Position numbers and translations under genes: made by a program. Positions 43,082 through 51,195 of a stretch of 64,000 bases of DNA are shown here, one piece after another; positions within the stretch are counted from its first letter, which is position 1, and each line of letters opens with the position of its first letter. The notes beneath the pieces are model-generated. The model did not search any database. It saw only the letters and a program-made list of their open reading frames with translations, and was not told where the DNA came from. The stretch covers positions 64,001-128,000 of the IMG/VR virus record IMGVR_UViG_3300022752_000019. One strand, given 5' to 3'. This DNA comes from a virus.

Positions 43082-43461
43082 CAGTCCCACTCATTGAGCA
43101 AAGTTTTGAGAGCACTGACTGCACCTGGTTCGTCGATGGAGGCCCCATACAGCAGCCGCCGAAGTGCTCGGATCCTCTGGAGTTTACCCTCTGGGCGTCG
43201 AGTGGGCAGGACACCCGATGCAAAGACCTCTTCTTCTGCGACGCCGGGGACTTCGGTCGCCTCAACCAGCTCGTCAGGCTCCGAATCGATCTCAAAGATC
43301 GCATCCTCAATGCTGGTCAGGAGAGTCTGCCCCTGAACGGTGTTCGCGCTCGAGCTTGTTGTCGCCTCGGTCATGGCGCGCACCAAGAGTCCGATGACCT
43401 CTCTCGAGAGCGCGCGGATCTGATTCCTTGAGGACAGCTCGGTTACGACGGACTGGCTCAT
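43081..43461 (-). CDS. Hypothetical protein
   Basis: Coupled to both neighbours. Confidence 0.6.
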   Translation of the reverse strand: MSQSVVTELSSRNQIRALSREVIGLLVRAMTEATTSSSANTVQGQTLLTSIEDAIFEIDSEPDELVEATEVPGVAEEEVFASGVLPTRRPEGKLQRIRALRRLLYGASIDEPGAVSALKTLLNEWD

Positions 43462-44801
43462 AGGGTTGACCTCAGCGCCTGAGAGAACTGCGCCAGCGAT
43501 GAATCAATAGACCCTACGCCGTCTGCCGCATCTCGCGGGTCTGCGCTGAATAGCGCGCCGTAGTCTCCGCGAAGCATGGAGTCCGCTGCACGAACAAAGC
43601 CCTCATCTCGCAAGGAGCGCAACATCGTCTCGGCGACATCAACTACATCAGCAGAGAACTCAAACTGGAGGGCACGGAGTTCCCCCAGACGATCCTGTGC
43701 CGGGGGCGCGTCTACTCCCAAAGAGGAGAGTGCAGCCGAGGCATCGCGCGTCAGAGCACTGATCTCTGCGGCCAGCGCAGCCAGTCTACGAGCAAGGTCA
43801 GCAACCGATGGACGGTTCTGGAGATTGATCGCGCGCTCTATGGACTCGCCTCGTAGAAAGAGAAGCGGTGTAATCGCGGACTGGAACGACTCAAATTGTG
43901 CATAAGTCGGACTATGAAGCGTGAGCGTGCCTGACGGCAGAGACGCGCTAAGCGTGAGCGTCTTCTGGGAGATGGACACGACCTCTGCGGAGGACTGGCC
44001 TACGAAGACGGTGTCTCCTACTTGGATGTCCAGGAGAGATGGAGACACGGAAAGGGTGACGCTGGCTCCAGCGATGACTGACTTAAAGGGCACCGGACAT
44101 GCGTTGGCCTCGGAAACCTTATACTTCAACAGACCTCTTCTACTCGACAAATTCAGCGCACCCAGCGATGAGACGCAGTCGATGACTCTCTGCGGGCCGG
44201 GCTCAGAGCCGAGGGCCTGGTGAAGCTTCTGAAGGACTGGCCGACGGGCCAGCTCTTGTACGCCCTCGTTGATGACCTCGGCAGACAAGACGTCCGAAAC
44301 TCGCCGCTTTAGCGAGGTTAGCCTACGGGAAACCTCCGCCAGAAGCGCATTGATCCCTGAAAGAGAAGGTGCCTCGCGGAGTCGTTTGTTTACAACAGCT
44401 CCCTTGACTTCGGGTTGCAGCGCCGCCGTCACCTCTCGTAGAAGCGTCGGGATTGGAACAGGGTCTCCCTGTAGAGTGCGCTCGATCATCTCGCGCGCTG
44501 AGCTGGTATCGCCCGGGACAGGGCCGGGGACAAAATCAACCACCTCTTGCACGAGTTCGATGATCTTGCAGAGAATGGCGTGGAGCTGAGCCAGCTCCGA
44601 GAGAATTGGGTTTCTGTTTTTGCACTTAAAGTAGAGAAGGATCTGAGGTTCGGCAACCAGCGCCTGCGCGCACGCCGATCGCGCAAAGTCCCACTTACGC
44701 TTGCGCTCTTCAAACCCGACTACGGCCGCGCCAGGCTGGGTCTTCACCGCCAAGCGAGACTCGAAGTCCCTTGCTGATAGGACGACCCTACGAGACATCA
44801 C
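43458..44801 (-). CDS. Hypothetical structural-region protein
   Basis: 447 aa with 4-bp overlaps to neighbours. Confidence 0.65.
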   Translation of the reverse strand: MMSRRVVLSARDFESRLAVKTQPGAAVVGFEERKRKWDFARSACAQALVAEPQILLYFKCKNRNPILSELAQLHAILCKIIELVQEVVDFVPGPVPGDTSSAREMIERTLQGDPVPIPTLLREVTAALQPEVKGAVVNKRLREAPSLSGINALLAEVSRRLTSLKRRVSDVLSAEVINEGVQELARRPVLQKLHQALGSEPGPQRVIDCVSSLGALNLSSRRGLLKYKVSEANACPVPFKSVIAGASVTLSVSPSLLDIQVGDTVFVGQSSAEVVSISQKTLTLSASLPSGTLTLHSPTYAQFESFQSAITPLLFLRGESIERAINLQNRPSVADLARRLAALAAEISALTRDASAALSSLGVDAPPAQDRLGELRALQFEFSADVVDVAETMLRSLRDEGFVRAADSMLRGDYGALFSADPRDAADGVGSIDSSLAQFSQALRSTL

Positions 44802-45688
44802 ACCACCGTGATCAGAAGGGTATTCAGATCTGGAGGTGCAGGAAAGCGATTTGCATGGGCAAGCCTGCGCTGGAAGAGGATCTCACACTCCCCGACTCCC
44901 ACCGCCGTAATCGTCAGCGTCGATCCCTCCTGATGGACTGTCGCCACGTCTGTGTCGGAAGACTTCGCGCTGATCAGCCAGTCCTTCGGAGATGTGTCAT
45001 CCCCCGACATGTACGGCGCACGGCGGCCGCTCGACAAGACCGCTACTGCCGTAACTTCGGCATCTTCTCCGACCGGTATCGAGAGCGCGTTGGACGAGAG
45101 ATCCACATACGCGACGTACGGCCAGATGAGGTCGGTGAACCCTGTTGAGGGCGCATCCGGCACATATACCGAGAACACCTGCTCCCCGTAGGTCTCTACG
45201 ACGACGTCGTAGCGCGCGTTTCGGAGCAGATCGAACTCAAAGTATCCGTCCGAGTCCGATACAACGAGCACCTTGTCATTCCCAGTTGCCGTGCCCGCGC
45301 TGATCCGCAAGTAGTCCACCAGCATGAACTCGACCGTCACATCAGGCAGTCGCTGGCCCGCAGCTCCGATGACGAATCCACTCACGCGGCAGAGATTTGA
45401 CTGTGTGGCCGGAGGCCGCTCATCAAGGTTCTGCCCTCCGACATCATAAGTGCCGTCCGTACTCACGACGACACTTAGCTTCTTGGGAAAGCTAAATCCC
45501 GCCTTGAAGAAGCGCACCCAGTAAGTTGCGGCAGGCAGCTCGAAAACAACTTCTCCGTTCTCGTCAGTGTCACCACTGTCAATGAAGGAGGATCCATCCG
45601 ACGTGAACACGAATACCGTGGTGGCATCCAGCGCGGTAAGGCGAGTCTCGTCTTCCGAGTCATATGTGTAGAACGTCACCGATGCCAT
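44798..45688 (-). CDS. Virion protein with carboxypeptidase-regulatory-like and Ig-like domains
   Basis: TDENGEVVFELPAATYWVRFFKAG; SDSDGYFEFDL; SSDTDVATV...ITAVGVG. Confidence 0.7.
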   Translation of the reverse strand: MASVTFYTYDSEDETRLTALDATTVFVFTSDGSSFIDSGDTDENGEVVFELPAATYWVRFFKAGFSFPKKLSVVVSTDGTYDVGGQNLDERPPATQSNLCRVSGFVIGAAGQRLPDVTVEFMLVDYLRISAGTATGNDKVLVVSDSDGYFEFDLLRNARYDVVVETYGEQVFSVYVPDAPSTGFTDLIWPYVAYVDLSSNALSIPVGEDAEVTAVAVLSSGRRAPYMSGDDTSPKDWLISAKSSDTDVATVHQEGSTLTITAVGVGECEILFQRRLAHANRFPAPPDLNTLLITVV

Positions 45689-46353
45689 CAGGACCTCCGC
45701 GGAAGAGGGACAAGTTCGAGTTCCTGTACCTCAAGAAGATCGGCCCCAGTTGCAGAAAGGTCGAAGAGGTCGACTGTTGCCGCGTCTGGGATCGTCACAT
45801 TCCGAACAAGTGCGGTGCCCGAGATTGCAAGAAGCCCTTGGATCCCGCGCACTACATTGAATGAGACCTGGCCCGACACGTTGGATACCGCCGTCACGTC
45901 CTCGGCGACGAACCCAATCCCCATCTTGCGTGCTGACTCAATGCTTGGGCTAAAGCGGACGTAGACGCCCTTGAGGTAGTTCCCGCTTGCGTCAATGAAC
46001 CTGCCGGTGACGAGGCAGGTGTTGTCTGTTCCGACATCCGGAGCATCTGGAACGTCGACGGACGACGCATGGTCGAATGCGAAGACGTTGTCGGTCGCAG
46101 TGTACGAAACGCCGTTGACCTCAAACTCCCAGGTCAGCGAGTACTCGCCCGCATCCTCTGGAGTCCATGGGGCTTCGTATACACCCGTCGAGGTGTTTGT
46201 CGCAGACGTAATGGTGTCTACGACGCTCCCGCCAAACGAGATGACCAACGTGGGCGTACTGTCGGCGTTGACGCGGAAGGTAGAGCCCGCGCTTGAGGTG
46301 AACTGAATCGTGAGGATCGAGGAGGTCTCGACGCCGACAGCCTTGAAGGTCAT
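45688..46353 (-). CDS. Ig-like virion protein
   Basis: STGVYEAPWTPEDAGEYSLTW; CLVTGRFID. Confidence 0.7.
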   Translation of the reverse strand: MTFKAVGVETSSILTIQFTSSAGSTFRVNADSTPTLVISFGGSVVDTITSATNTSTGVYEAPWTPEDAGEYSLTWEFEVNGVSYTATDNVFAFDHASSVDVPDAPDVGTDNTCLVTGRFIDASGNYLKGVYVRFSPSIESARKMGIGFVAEDVTAVSNVSGQVSFNVVRGIQGLLAISGTALVRNVTIPDAATVDLFDLSATGADLLEVQELELVPLPRRS

Positions 46354-46354
46354 C

Positions 46355-46747
46355 TCAACTCCGAACGCTAAAGGTCAGAGTACCCGACAAGTCTCCGATG
46401 ACAGCAGGAACATCAAGCTGCGACCCGTCAGGTAGTGGGCCAGCGGACACGGGCGGGTTCGTAAGCGCCGCAGTGCCCGTAACAGCCTCAAAACGAGTGA
46501 CGTCTGTTTTGACGATCGTATCGCCGTCGCTTGCGGTGTAGTGGACAACGTGCCACCCAGGGGCAGTCGGCGTAAACGTCCCGAGGTACACCCGCGTCTG
46601 TGCGTTACTCAGAGGTGCGCTCTCGGTCATCGTCACAGCAGACGACGACCCCGTCTCGATCCGGATGACCGAAACCTCTACCGTGAGGCCCGAGGTCGGG
46701 TGGTAAAACGCAAGCGTATATGGAGTGCCGATGGTGGCAGTCGTCAC
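46355..46747 (-). CDS. Small Ig-like virion protein
   Basis: VYLGTFTPTAPGWHVVHY. Confidence 0.6.
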   Translation of the reverse strand: MTTATIGTPYTLAFYHPTSGLTVEVSVIRIETGSSSAVTMTESAPLSNAQTRVYLGTFTPTAPGWHVVHYTASDGDTIVKTDVTRFEAVTGTAALTNPPVSAGPLPDGSQLDVPAVIGDLSGTLTFSVRS

Positions 46748-47250
46748 GCATCCCTCCTCAGAAGGTCAGAGAGCGACCCTCCGTAAGACCCGTAGATGCA
46801 GTTGATCTTGGTGAACTTCAAGCCGTCGAAGGCACCGCAGAAGCTCATCTTCTTAGTAGGGCTGTTGTAGAGGGCCATGAGATACCACGGGAAGTCTCCC
46901 TCCTCGATGATTTCCTGCGGCATTCCCAGAAGTTGCTCTCCCTTGGCGACGCCCGGAGAGCCCGACCACTTTGCTTTCGGGACGGGAAGTCCCGGCAGCA
47001 CGACGAGGTACGCGTAAGTCTTGGGGTCGCCGACAATCTTCAGTGCCGACTCTACGTCTTCTGGGATGAAGAGAAACGGCAGTGTAGGTAGCCCGGGGAT
47101 GCCATCATCCAACTCGAACGTGTAGATCTGCGCGAGCAGCGGGCGAGTTTGAGCTTCTCGCTGCTCGACAAGATCATCAATCAGAAACCGACTCCAGGCC
47201 AGCCCGATTTCATCAGGATGGATTAGGCCGTCCAGATTCGCCACCGCCAT
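46744..47250 (-). CDS. Hypothetical protein
   Basis: GGAG SD before ATG 47250. Confidence 0.6.
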   Translation of the reverse strand: MAVANLDGLIHPDEIGLAWSRFLIDDLVEQREAQTRPLLAQIYTFELDDGIPGLPTLPFLFIPEDVESALKIVGDPKTYAYLVVLPGLPVPKAKWSGSPGVAKGEQLLGMPQEIIEEGDFPWYLMALYNSPTKKMSFCGAFDGLKFTKINCIYGSYGGSLSDLLRRDA

Positions 47251-47581
47251 GCTTACTCCGCAACGTCTTGTAGATCTCGGCTGCCGTGACAACTGCATCC
47301 TTCGCCAGCGCCGGACTCAGCCTCGAGATCATAGCCGCTACAGTCTTGGTGGGAAAGGGCAAGGATGCTGCGCTGACGAGAGAACAGACCCCAAGGATCT
47401 CCTTGACGGCCGAGTACTCGGCAGGAGTCAGAATCGTGGTCCGCTCTCCGCTCAGCGAGTAGATGTCTCCCGTTTCGGTATCGAAGATGGCCTTCTCGCC
47501 CTCGAAACCCTCCATGACCGCCTTGACTGCGGCATCCAGCGTCTTCTTCGCGCGCTTCTTTCCACCGATGAACGCAAACAT
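47213..47581 (-). CDS. Hypothetical protein
   Basis: GGAGG SD. Confidence 0.65.
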   Translation of the reverse strand: MFAFIGGKKRAKKTLDAAVKAVMEGFEGEKAIFDTETGDIYSLSGERTTILTPAEYSAVKEILGVCSLVSAASLPFPTKTVAAMISRLSPALAKDAVVTAAEIYKTLRSKHGGGESGRPNPS

Positions 47582-47599
47582 GAGTCCTCCGAATGCAAC

Positions 47600-47628
47600 G
47601 AGGCCCCGGCGGGTTGCGCCGGGGCCTC
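47600..47628 (-). terminator. 12-bp stem-loop after the fibre gene (terminator or mRNA stabiliser)
   Basis: GAGGCCCCGGCG-ggttg-CGCCGGGGCCTC; weak U-tract. Confidence 0.6.
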
Positions 47629-47647
47629 TACTACCTAACCGTTCAGA

Positions 47648-49375
47648 TCAGAACGCGCCGCCGCCGCCGGCCGAAGCCTGGATCGGAGAACGAACGACCA
47701 TGAACCGCTCGGAGGTGAAGGTCTGCTGCGCAGAGACAGGGTCGCTGTCGAAGCAGAGGAACTGCACCTGAACGCTCTTGTTGAAGTAGGCGGGGAGCTC
47801 GGCCCATGCCTCGAACCGACCGGCGCCCTGGCGGCTCATGTTGAACCACGAGGTGAACCCGGTCTGGTTGTTGTTGGACAGAGCCGAACCAGCCGACGCC
47901 GCGTTGTAGAGGGTCGGGTTGGAGCCGCCGCCGATCGTCTGAGCGAGGATGAGGGCCTGACCGTTGCCGAAGGTGTCCGGATCCTCGAGAGCGCCGGTCT
48001 CGCCATCGTTGATGGTGAGGCCGAAGCGAACGCGGAACGCGGCAGCCGCGGAGTAGACCTCGGAGGGCACCGAGGGGGTCAGACGGGCGTTGGTGGACAC
48101 CTGGAGGGTGTCAACCACGGCCTTGATGGCCGCGATGTCAGCAGACATCGTCGCGCCCGCAGGAGCGCCGAGCTTGCTGTCGATCGCGGTCACGTCGCCA
48201 GCGATGGCGGCCGTCTCCGTCTTGATGGCGTCCAGACCGTAGGTGGCGTTGGTCAGCTCCTCATGCGCCTCGCGCAGGAGGTAGCCGGCCGTGCCAGCCG
48301 TGGTGTAGGAAGCCAGGTCCTCAGCCCACACGTCGGTGCCAGCCAGGTTGTCGTAGATCTTCTTCAGACCCTCGGCAACGCTGACGGGGTTACCGGCGAT
48401 GGCGCCGCCCGCGAACACCGCGCTCACGTCGCCGATCTCGGTCGCAAGACCGTCCACGACGCCGTCGATGGTGTCCACCTTGGTCTCGATCGAGTCGACA
48501 ACCGAGTCAACGGTGTCGAGCTTGCTCTCGATGTTGCCCAGGTCGGTGTCAACGCTGTCGAGACGGGTCTCGAGGGCGCTGAGGCCGTAGGTGGCATCCT
48601 CGACAGCCGCCTTGATCGCGTCCACGTTGCTGTCCACGGTGGCGAGGTCGCCGCTCAGAGCAGCGATCTTGCCGAACACGGTAGCAGCGGACGAGGTGTC
48701 AGCGGCGAGACCGATCAGGTCCTCAGCGGCCTCAGAAGCAGCCACGGTGCGGTCGAGCAGCGCGTCGAGACGGCCGCCGTCAGCCCAGTCACCCTGGAGC
48801 TCGTTGGTGTCGGCGAGGATCGAGGTGACGTCGCCCTGGAGCGAGCCAACCTCGGAGTCGATCGTGTCGATGAGGGACTTCAGCGCGCCGAGGCCGTCGG
48901 TGGCGTTGTCCAGGTCATCCTGAACACCGTCAACCTTGTTGAAGATCTCAGCGAGCGCAGCAGCGACAGTCGCCGGAGCAGAGATGCCCGAGAACGACTC
49001 ACCACTGACGTCGCCGATCTCAGCGGCGAGGTTGTCCACGACGGTGTCCACAGTCGCCACGTCCGTGAGGACCTGAGCGATGTGGTTGGCCGGAGCGTAC
49101 GCCCACAGCGGGATACGAACCGACTCGGTGCCGGACGTAACCACCGCGTAGTACATGTTGTCCGCGGTCATGTTCGCCGAGAGGACCTTGAGCGCGTAGA
49201 GACCGCCGCCCATGTCGTCAACGGACACGCCGGACGCGAGGGTGGAGTCGGCGCCGGAGGCGTCGTTGGCGACATAGACCGTGGCCGTCGGGTTGAGTGA
49301 GGCCGCGGACATCTGGAACGGCCAGTAGGCGTTCTTGCCAGAGGGAACGATGCGATCAAAAACCATGGTAGCCAT
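47648..49375 (-). CDS. Probably abundant acidic segmented coiled-coil fibre protein (fibritin/head-fibre-like)
   Basis: V..VD..V heptads, repeated AT(D/Y)GL.A(L/I) and LA.EIGDVS, beta-rich ends, near-total GC3 bias. Confidence 0.65.
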   Translation of the reverse strand: MATMVFDRIVPSGKNAYWPFQMSAASLNPTATVYVANDASGADSTLASGVSVDDMGGGLYALKVLSANMTADNMYYAVVTSGTESVRIPLWAYAPANHIAQVLTDVATVDTVVDNLAAEIGDVSGESFSGISAPATVAAALAEIFNKVDGVQDDLDNATDGLGALKSLIDTIDSEVGSLQGDVTSILADTNELQGDWADGGRLDALLDRTVAASEAAEDLIGLAADTSSAATVFGKIAALSGDLATVDSNVDAIKAAVEDATYGLSALETRLDSVDTDLGNIESKLDTVDSVVDSIETKVDTIDGVVDGLATEIGDVSAVFAGGAIAGNPVSVAEGLKKIYDNLAGTDVWAEDLASYTTAGTAGYLLREAHEELTNATYGLDAIKTETAAIAGDVTAIDSKLGAPAGATMSADIAAIKAVVDTLQVSTNARLTPSVPSEVYSAAAAFRVRFGLTINDGETGALEDPDTFGNGQALILAQTIGGGSNPTLYNAASAGSALSNNNQTGFTSWFNMSRQGAGRFEAWAELPAYFNKSVQVQFLCFDSDPVSAQQTFTSERFMVVRSPIQASAGGGGAF

Positions 49376-49433
49376 GGAGAACCTCTCGTCTTGGGGGTCG
49401 AACGGAGGCGGACGCTAACTGCGTCGCTCTTGC

Positions 49434-49646
49434 TTACTGCTTACGGATCTGGTTCTTCAACGTCTGGTACGTGCTGAAGAACCTACACTCTTCAGTGGAC
49501 GGCCACTTTGATTCGGCCTGGTCCAGTTCCTCTGGTGTGATGCTAAACACCCAGAACACGCGCCGACCTTCACGCTTCACAGACACGATGGAGTGCCCAC
49601 GAGAGACGAGGTACGAGGCAAATGCCATGTCCTGGGTTTCAAACAT
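49434..49646 (-). CDS. Small DUF5659-like protein
   Basis: FETQDMAFASYLVSRG...VFWVF...YQTLKNQI pattern, recalled from memory. Confidence 0.55.
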   Translation of the reverse strand: MFETQDMAFASYLVSRGHSIVSVKREGRRVFWVFSITPEELDQAESKWPSTEECRFFSTYQTLKNQIRKQ

Positions 49647-49885
49647 TAGGAGAGGGCCGAGGAGAGAGTCGGAAAGAACTCGGAGATAAACTCTTCCGAG
49701 TGGAGACGAGACAACTCTACCGCACGGCGCCGTAGTTGTCTACTTCCCGTCCTGCCTTCGTACGCTATTAGTAGAAGTTCTTTTTCCTTTAAAAGTCTCT
49801 CCTCCTCAATGCGTAACAACTCTAACACATCACTGGCGATCGCATCAATCCGCAGAGAAAACTCCCCCGTCGTCTCGGTCGCCAT
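49646..49885 (-). CDS. Hypothetical protein
   Basis: 1-bp overlaps with both neighbours. Confidence 0.55.
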   Translation of the reverse strand: MATETTGEFSLRIDAIASDVLELLRIEEERLLKEKELLLIAYEGRTGSRQLRRRAVELSRLHSEEFISEFFPTLSSALS

Positions 49886-50718
49886 CAGAAGTTTTCCTCA
49901 TACGCTTTGTACTTGTCCGCGATCTTCTTCTTGACCTGGGACACCTTAGAGTCACTCCACCCGAGGGAGCGTGCAATTTCGCCGGTCGAGGAGGTCTGCT
50001 TCTTACCGCTTAGTCCGAAGAGGTAGCTGAAGACCTGCTGCTCCTCCGTGGTCAGCTCGTACGGCAACATCTCGACAATCTCACGATGGACGGGAGACAT
50101 TTCCGTAAACGGGTTGAGGTCCATCCCTCCTTCTTCGCCACCGGAGGGGATCACGAAGATGTCCGGGCGCATCTCGAGCTTGAGGCGCTCCACCTTCTTT
50201 ACGCCGATCTTCATCCGGTCTGCAATCTCGAGGCTCGTCGGAGGACGCCCAAGCTCCTCGGTGAGTGAGTCCTGCGTCCGCTGAAGCTCTCCAATCTTGT
50301 GTGCCTGTGCCTCGACGATGCGCGTAAAGTTCTGATGCTTCTTCACGAAGCGGTTGAGCCCGCGCAAGTTTGTCGTCACATGGGTCGTGATCTGCGCCCC
50401 GCGCGACGGGTCGTACTTCTTAAGCGCCTTGACTGTCAGCGCGCGAGCCTCGGCTTCGATGGCAGGTCGATACATGCGCGGAGGCGCATGGCGGTTGACC
50501 TGCGCAGTGATCACCGGATTCAACGAGTTCAAGAGGGGCTGGAGCTTCTCTGGGTTCTCGTTGGAGACCTTCCACTGCCTCCAGAGGTCAAGCTCGGTCG
50601 CAGCCTTTCCGGTGTAAGGCACGGCCTTGCCGGAGGGATCTTTCTGCTCCCAGGTTTCCGGGAACTGAAAGGGATCCTTCTCTGCCAGCTTCTCAAGCCT
50701 TTCCCGGAGAGTTCTCAT
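49885..50718 (-). CDS. RNA polymerase sigma factor, sigma70 family group 3 (FliA/SigB/SigF-like)
   Basis: Region 2 ALKKYDPSRGAQITTHV; region 3 ELGRPPTSLEIADRMKI; region 4 LTTEEQQVFSYLFGL...STGEIARSLGWSDSKVSQVKKK. Confidence 0.88.
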   Translation of the reverse strand: MRTLRERLEKLAEKDPFQFPETWEQKDPSGKAVPYTGKAATELDLWRQWKVSNENPEKLQPLLNSLNPVITAQVNRHAPPRMYRPAIEAEARALTVKALKKYDPSRGAQITTHVTTNLRGLNRFVKKHQNFTRIVEAQAHKIGELQRTQDSLTEELGRPPTSLEIADRMKIGVKKVERLKLEMRPDIFVIPSGGEEGGMDLNPFTEMSPVHREIVEMLPYELTTEEQQVFSYLFGLSGKKQTSSTGEIARSLGWSDSKVSQVKKKIADKYKAYEENF

Positions 50719-50960
50719 CGAGACTCGACGGCCCTCTTTAGCAGCTTCGACGCTTGTTCGGCTGACACGCCAAGACGCACATTTCTGCCGTAGTGTTCCT
50801 TGTTCGTGAACAAAGAAGCAAGTTGACGGTACGCGCGTTCTGCCAGAACGTCGCGCGACTTAAACAGGTCGTCTAAGAGAAGATTGGTGTCGCGGAGGTT
50901 GAGGGTTTCCGCAGCAGACGAAAGTTGCGCCTCTGGTCTGCGCTGAAAGAGGTCACTCAT
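50715..50960 (-). CDS. Hypothetical protein
   Basis: Coupled ORF. Confidence 0.6.
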   Translation of the reverse strand: MSDLFQRRPEAQLSSAAETLNLRDTNLLLDDLFKSRDVLAERAYRQLASLFTNKEHYGRNVRLGVSAEQASKLLKRAVESR

Positions 50961-51193
50961 CAGTGGGATCCTTTCATGGCTGCGAGCTGGTGAGCGGTTT
51001 GCAGGTCTCGTAGCTGACGGCTATTCCTACCTTCTTTTAGATCTCGTAGCGAGCCTCCCGCATACATCCCTCCTCCGAGAAGACCGATAGAAGCAAGGCC
51101 GCCGAGAGCCTTTTGATCTGGAGTAAGAGACGCAATGGACGCCATCTTGTCAAGTTCTGCAAAAAAGCCTTGAAACACAGCCCGACTGATCAT
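50960..51193 (-). CDS. Small Gly-zipper protein with FFAELDKMAS leader
   Basis: K-x-A leader followed by ALGGLASIGLLGGGMYAGG. Confidence 0.65.
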   Translation of the reverse strand: MISRAVFQGFFAELDKMASIASLTPDQKALGGLASIGLLGGGMYAGGSLRDLKEGRNSRQLRDLQTAHQLAAMKGSH

Positions 51194-51195
51194 AG

